IMG/VR virus record: IMGVR_UViG_3300046170_000433
Location: 1-64,000 of that record
DNA from: a virus
DNA: 64,000 bases
Reading direction: 5' to 3' (one strand)
This document shows, in pieces, positions 1 to 8,310 of this stretch (position 1 is the stretch's first letter; the number at the start of each line of letters is the position of its first letter). A program made the translations under genes and the position numbers. The notes beneath the pieces were generated by a model. That model was not told where the DNA came from and did not search any database. It saw nothing but the letters and a program-made list of their open reading frames with translations.

Positions 1-37
1 ATAGCTGCCGGATCCTGATTCCCCCCAGGCACCCCCT

Positions 38-63
38 TGTAACCTAATGTGTATTAGGTAACA
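38..63. promoter_or_regulatory. Palindromic operator-like site (8-nt spacer variant)
   Basis: TGTAACCTAAT-GTGT-ATTAGGTAACA, near-perfect inverted repeat with the same arms as the genome-wide 22-bp motif. Confidence 0.7.
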
Positions 64-72
64 CATATGCTG

Positions 73-85
73 TAAGTCGTTGATA
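73..85 (-). promoter_or_regulatory. IHF-like binding site
   Basis: Reverse complement TATCAACGACTTA matches the IHF consensus WATCAANNNNTTR. Confidence 0.45.
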
Positions 86-170
86 GCCAATAAGTTTATT
101 CGTGGCGCTTTTATAGGTGTCACCAAGTTGGTGCAATCAATATTAATCAAATCAAATAAAATCAAATATC

Positions 171-845
171 ATGACAAATCTAATCAATCAAAATAATCAA
201 GATCAAGCCAATGCATTAATTCCCGAACCACGTCATAATTTTAATAGCGTTGAATCAAGCGGAAATTTTGTAGCCAATGAAATTTTGTCAAAGCAATACA
301 CAAATGACAAAGGCGAGATAAAAGGCGGAAACCAAGTAGGATATCAAGTAAGCTTTTCGGATATCAATATCCTATCCAATGAAATGAGAAAAGAATTGGA
401 AAGTAATAATCAAAAATTCTTATATCATTGGGACGCCTTTGAAACGATTGCCAATGAAGTCAAAGACTTGACACCTGCCAAAATTGGCAAGGCATTAAAT
501 GAATTGCTCGCGGAAGATTTTGGGAAAGCCCCAAAAAATGGCGGGGACAAGCGCTTATCCAATAGCCAAAAGAATAGATATATAAACGGCTTTTATAGCG
601 GTATTAATAGGCTAAAAAACTTGATCGAAGCCAAATGCAAAGAAATCGAAGATCAAGAGCAATTAATTCCCACGGGCTTTATTATCAAAAATAATGGCGA
701 GTCAAAGCGTACTTATCAAAGAATGAGAAAAGTAAGCGAACCACGCCAACGCAAGGCAAAGCCCCAAAAGACTGAAGCGCAAATACGTGAGCAATTGAAA
801 GCGGAATTAATGGCGGAAGTCAAAGCGGAATTAGGCTTAGAGTAA
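171..845 (+). CDS. Hypothetical early protein, 224 aa, atypical composition
   Basis: Long ORF, first gene of the early block, helical C-terminus; no family recognised. Confidence 0.8.
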   Translation: MTNLINQNNQDQANALIPEPRHNFNSVESSGNFVANEILSKQYTNDKGEIKGGNQVGYQVSFSDINILSNEMRKELESNNQKFLYHWDAFETIANEVKDLTPAKIGKALNELLAEDFGKAPKNGGDKRLSNSQKNRYINGFYSGINRLKNLIEAKCKEIEDQEQLIPTGFIIKNNGESKRTYQRMRKVSEPRQRKAKPQKTEAQIREQLKAELMAEVKAELGLE

Positions 846-982
846 GCCAATTCCATCCCCTTTGCTTAGCGTTGGACTAGGCAAAGGCAAGGCAATCGTA
901 AACGTGCCACGCAATGCGTGATGGTGGCAAGCCCATACGAAACGTGAGTCAATTGTTCTTTACAAGTAATTGATAGATTTAG

Positions 983-1036
983 CCCAAAAAATTTGGGGCA
1001 AACTAGATCGATTAATTCCCAAAAAATTTGGGGCAA
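983..1036 (+). repeat. 19-nt exact direct repeat, each copy a hairpin
   Basis: CCCAAAAAATTTGGGGCAA at 983-1001 and 1018-1036. Confidence 0.9.
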
Positions 1037-1044
1037 CTTGGTCA

Positions 1045-1055
1045 GCTCTTTGACA
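1045..1055 (+). promoter_or_regulatory. boxA-like antitermination element
   Basis: GCTCTTTGACA resembles rrn/lambda boxA (GCTCTTTAACA); a weaker copy GTTCTTTACAA lies at 955-965; both are followed by TAATTGATAG. Confidence 0.55.
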
Positions 1056-1068
1056 TTTAATTGATAGT

Positions 1069-2024
1069 CTTTGCAAAATTTGCAAAGGCAATACGTGAAG
1101 CAATTACAAATTGATTCCACATCGACGTAGAATTGTATTTGATTGCGGTAGATATCTTGATTTGCGCAAAACCCTTTTGATAAGTTTGCGAGTAGAGTCA
1201 GCGACGTAATGAGTCGGCATGATCTTGTAAGCTTTCCCTTTAGGCACGTTGGCGTAGTACTCACTACCATATAGCAATCCAATGCATTAACTTATAGCGA
1301 CAAGCGTAGTAGATTAGAATTGGCAGATATAACTAGCAGGTTCGAAGTCTTAGGATCGGATGATGATCGTAGCGATGCGATGGCACTAATAGTGGTGTTC
1401 AAGTGTGAGGGAAAATTCCTCATGGGCGAACGATAAAACCATTGCATTGTTCGGCTAAGAGAACTTAGTCGCGTAGACACCCCACAAGGATATACCTTGG
1501 ATCAGTAGCAAGGGGGGCGTACGTATTCGGATACAACAAAACGAATTGTATTCTATATTTGGCGACATCGGTTGCTTGGTTGGCAATACCCATCGCATAG
1601 ACAATGATCATCTCTATTTGATTATCTATGTGGTCTTGTATTGACACCCGAAAAAACGAGAGGGGAATTGCTCGGATCGATGGAACTTGTTCGGTGAACC
1701 ATGTGTCACTTTGGAAACATAACGAACTAACGGAAATTAAAATGCCTAGGCGTGTAATGATTATTTAGAAGATGATATGCCTATCGGTTTGGTCAGCCGA
1801 AGAAATTATACTAAGGAGATAACCTAATTATTATCGAGTGTTCACTCTTATGGGTGTTCACAATAGTCGCAACGCAACCGCGTTGCTTTTTTGATTATTA
1901 ACCCGATGTGGTCTGTACGTACTGAGCTACGTGCAGACTACGTCACAACACGTAGTTGGAACGTAAACTACTTGCGAGCAAGAGAGAATCATAGGCAGTC
2001 AATCGCTGACGCACGTTCTACTAC
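1069..2024 (+). ncRNA. Candidate large structured noncoding RNA, family not identified
   Basis: No credible ORF; nested long-range complements 1191-1204/2003-2022, 1224-1231/1971-1978, 1519-1525/1916-1922, 1565-1571/1903-1909; many local hairpins with G-U pairs; terminator directly downstream. Confidence 0.72.
1928..1964. repeat. 37-bp quasi-palindromic element, copy 1
   Basis: TACGTGCAGACTACG-N7-ACGTAGTT-N2-AACGT, same layout as 63569-63605. Confidence 0.85.
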
Positions 2025-2031
2025 AAAACCT

Positions 2032-2075
2032 AGCCCTTCCAGAGCTTTTGTGCTTCTGGGAGGGCTTTTCTTTTT
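2032..2075 (+). terminator. Rho-independent terminator
   Basis: AGCCCTTCCAGAGC/GCTTCTGGGAGGGCT stem followed by a T-tract. Confidence 0.9.
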
Positions 2076-2114
2076 ACTACTCACCAAACAATAACATCCA
2101 ACAAAGGAAAAATA

Positions 2115-2240
2115 ATGAATCAGTACTATAAAATGTTCGGGGATATGATTGAAGGTATCCTTAACTCACCATTCTTTATACCTACCCTATTCGGCATAGG
2201 TATTCTCTCGGTCATACTTGATATGTGTGGCCTTCTGTAA
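2115..2240 (+). CDS. Small membrane protein, 41 aa (below the ORF-track cutoff)
   Basis: AAAGGA Shine-Dalgarno; MNQYYKMFGDMIEGILNSPFFIPTLFGIGILSVILDMCGLL has one hydrophobic helix. Confidence 0.6.
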   Translation: MNQYYKMFGDMIEGILNSPFFIPTLFGIGILSVILDMCGLL

Positions 2241-2258
2241 CCCAAATAACTAGGATAC
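2237..2258. promoter_or_regulatory. 22-bp palindromic motif
   Basis: GTAACCCA-AATAAC-TAGGATAC upstream of ATG 2280. Confidence 0.8.
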
Positions 2259-2279
2259 TAACAAAGGAAAGGTAATATA

Positions 2280-2627
2280 ATGAACAATCAAAGTAAATTA
2301 AAACTAGCTCAATCAGCAGTGATTGGCGCACTTAAAAACGTACTTGGTGATGACGCCCATCTATTGGATAGGCTCATTGCTACAAGAGGTAAGAACAAGG
2401 GATTCCTCAAGTCTACTCCACCCAAGTGTGGTACTGATGAAGAGCCTTTGTACTTGGCTCTAATTTCAGAGGCTAACCCTCACCTTCTTAGTATTGGACG
2501 TCTGTTCTTCTTAAGGGATGAACAAAGGATCAAGTTCAACACTTGGGAGAAAACATTTCGAGATATCAAAGCTATCCGATACCTCTGCAAGAATCGTGTT
2601 ACTCTCGACATGCTAGGAGTTTATTAA
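2280..2627 (+). CDS. Hypothetical early protein
   Basis: ORF with strong Shine-Dalgarno, in operon. Confidence 0.8.
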   Translation: MNNQSKLKLAQSAVIGALKNVLGDDAHLLDRLIATRGKNKGFLKSTPPKCGTDEEPLYLALISEANPHLLSIGRLFFLRDEQRIKFNTWEKTFRDIKAIRYLCKNRVTLDMLGVY

Positions 2628-2628
2628 G

Positions 2629-2817
2629 ATGAGCAAATTCTCACAAATAAAGAACCGATCATTACACCTTCAATGGGACAGAGAAACTAACGTCTTGAAG
2701 GTTTTTCAAATGAATAAACTACGCAAAGTAAATGGCTTTAACATGAAGGAAATAGCTACCTTCCACAATGTAACTAGTGGGCTTACTTTCAAGCCTTCAA
2801 CAACAAAGGAAATATAA
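2629..2817 (+). CDS. Hypothetical early protein
   Basis: Packed 1 nt from both neighbours. Confidence 0.65.
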   Translation: MSKFSQIKNRSLHLQWDRETNVLKVFQMNKLRKVNGFNMKEIATFHNVTSGLTFKPSTTKEI

Positions 2818-2818
2818 T

Positions 2819-3622
2819 ATGAGTGAACTAATACCAAAAATACAACTAACTTTAGGAGATAAAGTTCTGGAAACCACGCGAAGAATGGTGACTGCCCTAT
2901 CGAAATTCGATGCAGTCGGGTCAATTAAGCATAATGGCAATTGTAATGAGGTGTATGACGCCATTAACGAAGAGATAGCAGACTTCCAAAACTATCTTGG
3001 TGCTACTGATGGAGATGATGCTACGCATTTCTTCGGTCATGAAGAGGCTCTTACTATTGCCAATGTATCTGCATTGGATGATGCATATGAGCAGATAGCA
3101 CAAGCTCGTTGGCTATTGGGTAGTGACGCAAATAAGGTACAGATTTCTGATTGTCTGCAAGCATGGATAGATCATCTGTATAAGTATGCTAATGCTTGTG
3201 ACAAGCATACCTTTAGATTCTTTGATGGTCATAGTACGTTCGAGCTAGAGGATGGTAAGCATCCCTTCCCTAATATGCAACTTCTGTTGGAAGAGCGTCT
3301 TGGTCTACGATTATGCATTGATGATGGTCGCTACTATTATATGGCTTACGATGGCAGAGGTGCAGAGTATGGTGATTGGCAGTTCTGTCCTAAAGTTGAA
3401 GAGCGTGTATGTTACTCGCAAGGCAAACCCATTAAACTAGAGGATGGATCATACAAGAAGGATGAGTATGGCAAGATAGTCTACTCAGAGTTCACACAAT
3501 ATGTAGATCGTGAATACATCATCGAGGTGACCAAGCACTCAACAGATCCTGACCAAGTTCACACCATAGATGTACCATTCGGTAAGTTCTACGGATTCTA
3601 TACACAAATAATTAATCAGTAA
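2819..3622 (+). CDS. Hypothetical early protein
   Basis: ORF 2777-3622; ATG 2819 (MSELI) follows an AAGGA Shine-Dalgarno. Confidence 0.8.
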   Translation: MSELIPKIQLTLGDKVLETTRRMVTALSKFDAVGSIKHNGNCNEVYDAINEEIADFQNYLGATDGDDATHFFGHEEALTIANVSALDDAYEQIAQARWLLGSDANKVQISDCLQAWIDHLYKYANACDKHTFRFFDGHSTFELEDGKHPFPNMQLLLEERLGLRLCIDDGRYYYMAYDGRGAEYGDWQFCPKVEERVCYSQGKPIKLEDGSYKKDEYGKIVYSEFTQYVDREYIIEVTKHSTDPDQVHTIDVPFGKFYGFYTQIINQ

Positions 3623-3640
3623 CCTAGAAATATATATTAC
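3619..3640. promoter_or_regulatory. 22-bp palindromic motif
   Basis: GTAACCTA-GAAATA-TATATTAC abutting ATG 3641. Confidence 0.7.
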
Positions 3641-4204
3641 ATGAAGAAAATAATAATCAGAGCATGCAACATTGCTAGTGTATGCAGAGTAACCATTGAT
3701 GATGTAGAGCAACGCTACATCTATCTCAAGAAAGGTGATATTGTGCTAGCTGAAGATCATAAGGAAGATACCATTCCATTTGATAAGCTACCAATAGATG
3801 TAGCCAATGAGGTTGAGGATCACTTCAATTATCTATTCGCAGTACCACTAGAGCAACGTGGCAAGGCATTAGCTGACTCTTCTGTGGTAGGCATCATGAA
3901 GGATGTCCATTGTGAGGCAGATGGTCTTGTTGAGACTATCTCTTTGCTAGTAGATACACTTCATCCCGATCTGTCACAAGATGAGCAGAATGAGCTTATC
4001 CATGAAGAGGATGGCTACTTAGATAGCTTTAAGAAGGAACACAAAGGTGATCGTACTTACATAATATCCCTTAAGCCCAAGCATGGGCTGAGATGTAGCA
4101 CTAAATACAGATACGAAACCAATGTAGCCATGCTAACGATCAGCCCCCCTAGAGGTGACTATGCAGACTACAAAGTAACAACAACAAGAAAGGTAATACT
4201 ATGA
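3641..4204 (+). CDS. Hypothetical early protein
   Basis: 187-aa ORF; ATGA overlap with the next gene. Confidence 0.8.
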   Translation: MKKIIIRACNIASVCRVTIDDVEQRYIYLKKGDIVLAEDHKEDTIPFDKLPIDVANEVEDHFNYLFAVPLEQRGKALADSSVVGIMKDVHCEADGLVETISLLVDTLHPDLSQDEQNELIHEEDGYLDSFKKEHKGDRTYIISLKPKHGLRCSTKYRYETNVAMLTISPPRGDYADYKVTTTRKVIL

Positions 4205-4431
4205 GTAAACCAATAGACCCAATATCATTCATGGAGATGCTAGCTATCGAAGCTAAGAAGTTCTCCGACTTAATCAATGTCCACACATGGAACAGAAGAG
4301 AGATTAGTATCCAAGGTAAGGTCATGCAGTATATGTACGACAAGTGGATCGGCTCTACTCGTGAGGTTTCCACCGAAAAGTTACCATCTTGGCATGAATG
4401 CGATCAGTTCAATCGAACGCATCATCAGTGA
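4201..4431 (+). CDS. Hypothetical early protein
   Basis: ATGA-coupled ORF with Shine-Dalgarno. Confidence 0.6.
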   Translation: MSKPIDPISFMEMLAIEAKKFSDLINVHTWNRREISIQGKVMQYMYDKWIGSTREVSTEKLPSWHECDQFNRTHHQ

Positions 4432-4705
4432 CCTATTCAACTCATGCAGATGGTATATGTGTGGGCTGAATAGTACTTGGTCTGTTGAGGCATGGTGCTA
4501 CACCTTTAAGATCGATGAGGTAGAGACTAAAGATGGTCTATTCTATGTCCTCGATCATGAGGATGGCACGTTTGAGGTCGTTAGACGGTGGCTTTCCAGG
4601 GAGGAGAACGAGGTCGAGCATGTAAAGGGCGACTTCGATAACAGATACCGAGCAAAACTATGGCTCGAGGAGAACTATGAACAACTAACAAGAAAGGATA
4701 AGTAA
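4277..4705 (+). CDS. Hypothetical early protein (true start probably further downstream)
   Basis: C-terminal half looks coding; N-terminal part overlaps the previous ORF. Confidence 0.55.
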   Translation: MSTHGTEERLVSKVRSCSICTTSGSALLVRFPPKSYHLGMNAISSIERIISDLFNSCRWYMCGLNSTWSVEAWCYTFKIDEVETKDGLFYVLDHEDGTFEVVRRWLSREENEVEHVKGDFDNRYRAKLWLEENYEQLTRKDK

Positions 4706-4707
4706 GT

Positions 4708-5010
4708 ATGAAACTAATACAGAAATTAATCTACCAAGGACTCAATGAACTTGAGTGGAAGTATCACAACTCATCGTGCAAGACCTATGAGGAGCGTCTG
4801 CCGACTATCGATAAGGTAATGCGTGAGGTGCAAGATCATCCTCATGCATTGTTCCTAACAGATAAGCAACTCAACGCAGTCCAAGTGGCTATCGATTTCG
4901 AGATTGAAAGCCTTGAGCAAAATCTTCCCGAGGATCCTGATCATGGTGAGGATAAACTAGCACAAGCTAAGGCAGTAAAAGAAAAAATAGAAAGGTTGTT
5001 CAATGAGTGA
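4708..5010 (+). CDS. Hypothetical early protein
   Basis: Operon-packed ORF. Confidence 0.75.
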   Translation: MKLIQKLIYQGLNELEWKYHNSSCKTYEERLPTIDKVMREVQDHPHALFLTDKQLNAVQVAIDFEIESLEQNLPEDPDHGEDKLAQAKAVKEKIERLFNE

Positions 5011-5281
5011 AACAAAATACTTAGTGAGAAGAGAATATTGGGATGCCGAGAATGATCGGTGGATCCTGACAACATTAAATGCACATGGAGAAGCGGGTCT
5101 GAACTTTATGCAAGGTGATGACTATAAGACATTCAAGGGTCAGTTCGGTGAACCCGATCCTAAGCTTTCTGCATTATACAATGTAGTAATGGACAACAAG
5201 ATCATTGATGATGTTGTTCCTGAGATTGAGGCAATCAATCGAGTCTGTTGGGCATACCTTAAACTGAAGCTCGGGACATGA
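5003..5281 (+). CDS. Hypothetical early protein
   Basis: Operon-packed ORF with AAGG Shine-Dalgarno. Confidence 0.75.
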   Translation: MSETKYLVRREYWDAENDRWILTTLNAHGEAGLNFMQGDDYKTFKGQFGEPDPKLSALYNVVMDNKIIDDVVPEIEAINRVCWAYLKLKLGT

Positions 5282-5472
5282 TTGATATACATATCGACAG
5301 CATTGCTCATGACTTGTGGGTTCTCTCTGCTCTTCAAGATGGAGAGGACTTTGAACTTGGATGTGCAACAGCAGAACCATCTAAACGCGAGGCTATTGAA
5401 CTAGCTAAGCAATACAAAAAAGAAATAACCGCAGACAAGGTCTGCATAATCATAGAAGGAAACGAAATATGA
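5278..5472 (+). CDS. Hypothetical early protein
   Basis: ATGA-coupled ORF. Confidence 0.65.
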   Translation: MIDIHIDSIAHDLWVLSALQDGEDFELGCATAEPSKREAIELAKQYKKEITADKVCIIIEGNEI

Positions 5473-5717
5473 AAATATATACATTCGGAATAATACTACA
5501 GAGGGATGAACTCATGGGCTATGGAAGAACTGCAAAGGGTGCAGAAGAGATGTGTCACAAAGCATACAAGGCTATCACTTCTAGTTGGGATGAGGAATAT
5601 GCCCCAAGAGATTGGAGCAAAGCTAAGGAGTACTTCGGTATTGTCGCTAGAGAAGAGCTAGAAATCCCATGTGCAACATATGATAACGAACTAATCAAAA
5701 AGGAGGCATATAAATAA
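5469..5717 (+). CDS. Hypothetical early protein
   Basis: ATGA-coupled ORF. Confidence 0.7.
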   Translation: MKIYTFGIILQRDELMGYGRTAKGAEEMCHKAYKAITSSWDEEYAPRDWSKAKEYFGIVAREELEIPCATYDNELIKKEAYK

Positions 5718-5718
5718 T

Positions 5719-6477
5719 ATGAAACTATTAGATACAGGTGGGGGCAACACAAAGCTCCGTAAGAATAACGCAAATATCAGTGATGGTATCTTTACTATGA
5801 TCGGCAAGGTTATGAGCAAGAAACCTACTGGAATGAGGGTAGCCGGATTGAGCCTAGCTCCATCGGATTGGGCTTGTCCAGCTTCTAGGTTGGCAGGTTG
5901 TCAGAAACCATGCCTCATGTCAGCAGGCTATGGCAAGTTCGACAATGTACGGACGGGTCGTGAGAAGAAAAGGGATTGGCTCAGAGATGATCGTGAGTCT
6001 TTCTTGGCTCAGTTGACTAAGGAGTTACATAACTTCGAGAAGCTGACTACCAAGCAAGGTGTACAAGGAGTTGTACGTCTCAATGTCATCTCAGATATCG
6101 TATGGGAGAATAAAAGATATGAGATACCGCAGCAGTTCCCTAACCTTTTCTTCTATGACTACACTAAGATGTCTAGTCGAATTGGTAAGACTCCTGACAA
6201 CTATCCATTGATGTTCTCCTGGAGTGGTATGCCTAACTACCAACCTTCTGTACAACGTGCCTTAAAGACTGATGCCCCTATGGCAGTGGTGTTTGATTGT
6301 GAGTTCCCTAAGGAGTTCCTTGGTCGTGTAGTACATGATGGAGATAAGTCAGACTTATTTAATCTTACTAAGAAGAATGATGTTATCGCTCTTAAGGCTA
6401 AGGGTGATGCTAAAGGTTCTAATGATCCATTTGTTGTGTCTAGTCGCAACGCTAACCGCCACCTTCTTGTGGCATAA
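5719..6477 (+). CDS. Gp88-like phage protein (Cys cluster, radical-SAM-like fold)
   Basis: CP-x5-C-x3-C motif, VRLNVISDI and FYDYTK motifs typical of this family. Confidence 0.75.
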   Translation: MKLLDTGGGNTKLRKNNANISDGIFTMIGKVMSKKPTGMRVAGLSLAPSDWACPASRLAGCQKPCLMSAGYGKFDNVRTGREKKRDWLRDDRESFLAQLTKELHNFEKLTTKQGVQGVVRLNVISDIVWENKRYEIPQQFPNLFFYDYTKMSSRIGKTPDNYPLMFSWSGMPNYQPSVQRALKTDAPMAVVFDCEFPKEFLGRVVHDGDKSDLFNLTKKNDVIALKAKGDAKGSNDPFVVSSRNANRHLLVA

Positions 6478-6479
6478 TT

Positions 6480-6501
6480 GTAACCCAAATAACTAGGAAA
6501 C
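6480..6501. promoter_or_regulatory. 22-bp palindromic motif
   Basis: GTAACCCA-AATAAC-TAGGAAAC, 7 nt before ATG 6509. Confidence 0.8.
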
Positions 6502-6508
6502 TAATATC

Positions 6509-6811
6509 ATGAGTGAAACTAAAAAACGAATAATCAAATTCATTATTAACGCCATCAAGGACACGCAGTTGACCTTGGATAACCTTGAATATCTTAGCGA
6601 TGAGAAGTACACCGATGTCGCAAGAGGTATCGTTCGAGGCTTGGGTACATCCATCCAACGAGTTGCCGAGCAGTTTGATGGGCATTCTGATGACAAGCTT
6701 CATGGCTTCTGTGCTTGGACAACATTCATCATCATGAGGGACTTCGAGCGTAGAGATGTTGATGAGTCAATTGCTGATGCATTGGCCAACTTTGAGGGGA
6801 AATTAGCATGA
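6509..6811 (+). CDS. Hypothetical early protein
   Basis: ORF following the motif. Confidence 0.75.
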   Translation: MSETKKRIIKFIINAIKDTQLTLDNLEYLSDEKYTDVARGIVRGLGTSIQRVAEQFDGHSDDKLHGFCAWTTFIIMRDFERRDVDESIADALANFEGKLA

Positions 6812-7053
6812 GTAAGGTAAAGCCAGGAATAGTTAAGGTAGCTGAATACCTATTCGATAGATGGAGTGACGAATGGATGTACGAAGACTTCGATGACTAC
6901 ATTAAACATGCCAAAGAAACTGTAGAGAAACAAGGTGGAGAGTTTATCCATCTTAAAAAGAAACCTTTCGTCCTTAGATACAAGCAGGATGAAGAAATCT
7001 TGGAAGTTAAATGTAACTCCAAGCAAGTAAAAGTAACCCAAATAAATAAATAA
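6808..7053 (+). CDS. Hypothetical early protein
   Basis: ATGA-coupled ORF. Confidence 0.75.
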   Translation: MSKVKPGIVKVAEYLFDRWSDEWMYEDFDDYIKHAKETVEKQGGEFIHLKKKPFVLRYKQDEEILEVKCNSKQVKVTQINK

Positions 7054-7054
7054 C
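7033..7054. promoter_or_regulatory. 22-bp palindromic motif
   Basis: GTAACCCA-AATAAA-TAAATAAC, 1 nt before ATG 7056. Confidence 0.7.
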
Positions 7055-7055
7055 A

Positions 7056-7787
7056 ATGAGTGATAATATAACCGTAGAAGAAGCAAAGAAACAACTAGCA
7101 GATGCCATTGCGCGAGGGCCTAAGCCACGATGGGAACTCAAGCCACCCACAATGGATGACATGCAGACCCTCAAGAATCTCATCGATGAGGTTGAGAGTA
7201 AGCATTCCGAGTTAGAGGATGAAAGGCAGACTCTTCAAGACCAGTGGAATGATCAGGTGCGTACATACAATGGAGCAGTTGACGAGTTCAATTCCGCTCA
7301 AGCCAATCTAGCTGACCATCTAAATCACAATACCAACTGGAGGGATAGTGTCGAAGATTACTTCAGTCAAGAAGAGGAAGAGAATGGTGTAGTAGTAAGC
7401 GATAAGTTGCGCGAGTTGCTAGTTAACATCAACGAGAAGGTAGATGAGTTCTGTACTACTGATGTAGAAGGCGAGGAGTCTGATAAATACATCGAAGAAG
7501 CAGACCTAGATGAATCTCATGGTGTAGCTAATGATGTCCATGCTCAACTCGAGACACTACAAGAATACCTAGATAAGAAAGATGAGGTTGATGCTGAAAT
7601 CAAGAAACAAGTCGAAGGTTGGAATTGGAATCTAAATCAATTCGAGGTTTACGATGAGATTAGAGAATACCCCAAGGATAAGATACAAGCCTTATTGCAG
7701 TATGCATGTAAGTTCTTCAATCCCAACGACACATTCAAAGACCTAGCTAATCACCTAAATGTAGAGATTGATACAGATGAGTCTTAA
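7056..7787 (+). CDS. Acidic coiled-coil hypothetical protein
   Basis: 243 aa, very D/E-rich, heptad pattern. Confidence 0.8.
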   Translation: MSDNITVEEAKKQLADAIARGPKPRWELKPPTMDDMQTLKNLIDEVESKHSELEDERQTLQDQWNDQVRTYNGAVDEFNSAQANLADHLNHNTNWRDSVEDYFSQEEEENGVVVSDKLRELLVNINEKVDEFCTTDVEGEESDKYIEEADLDESHGVANDVHAQLETLQEYLDKKDEVDAEIKKQVEGWNWNLNQFEVYDEIREYPKDKIQALLQYACKFFNPNDTFKDLANHLNVEIDTDES

Positions 7788-8001
7788 TTACGAACACATA
7801 TCCGAGGAGGAGGTGACAGATTTACTCTGTCGCCTCCTTAATGACTACGAAAAGAAACAAGAGGCTCTGTTTACCAATGGTGGCTCACCCGATGTATTTC
7901 ATTGGCAAGACTTAGTCAATGCATGCCGTGAGTTCATAGAGGTTTCTACCATGAATGCACCAATACGGAGCGGAGCGGATGATAGGAAGGAGGATAAATA
8001 A
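7768..8001 (+). CDS. Hypothetical early protein
   Basis: Operon-packed ORF. Confidence 0.7.
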   Translation: MIQMSLNYEHISEEEVTDLLCRLLNDYEKKQEALFTNGGSPDVFHWQDLVNACREFIEVSTMNAPIRSGADDRKEDK

Positions 8002-8309
8002 TGGAATACACAAAAAGAAAAGTAACTGAGGAAGAGCTACATGACTTACCTCATCTGTTCTTCAATACAGGTTGTAGATACACAAAGCATGGACAGCGCT
8101 TACTAGCACTAAAGCTAGATGAAGATGTCCTTTGTTATGACTACGACAGATGTATCGAATACCTCTTTGAGGACTGCCCTATGAAAGAGAGGGAGATTGA
8201 AAGAAGAGAGAAAGCAATGGGCCAAAAGAAGACCTTCTTCCAAGAAGGGATTATCAATTGGAGGGTGTGGAAGCACTGGCAAGATAAACTAAACATAGAA
8301 AGGGACTAA
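8001..8309 (+). CDS. Hypothetical early protein
   Basis: AAGGAGG Shine-Dalgarno. Confidence 0.75.
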   Translation: MEYTKRKVTEEELHDLPHLFFNTGCRYTKHGQRLLALKLDEDVLCYDYDRCIEYLFEDCPMKEREIERREKAMGQKKTFFQEGIINWRVWKHWQDKLNIERD

Positions 8310-8310
8310 A

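Noticed and set aside
1336-1352. GGTTCGA as part of a tRNA or tmRNA
   Set aside because: No complementary T stem, acceptor stem or CCA end
866-2094. ORF-track entries 866-1282, 1292-1480, 1465-1647 (-) and 1891-2094 (+) as real genes
   Set aside because: They oppose the operon direction or run through the terminator, lack ribosome-binding sites and read as unnatural proteins; RNA structure explains the region better
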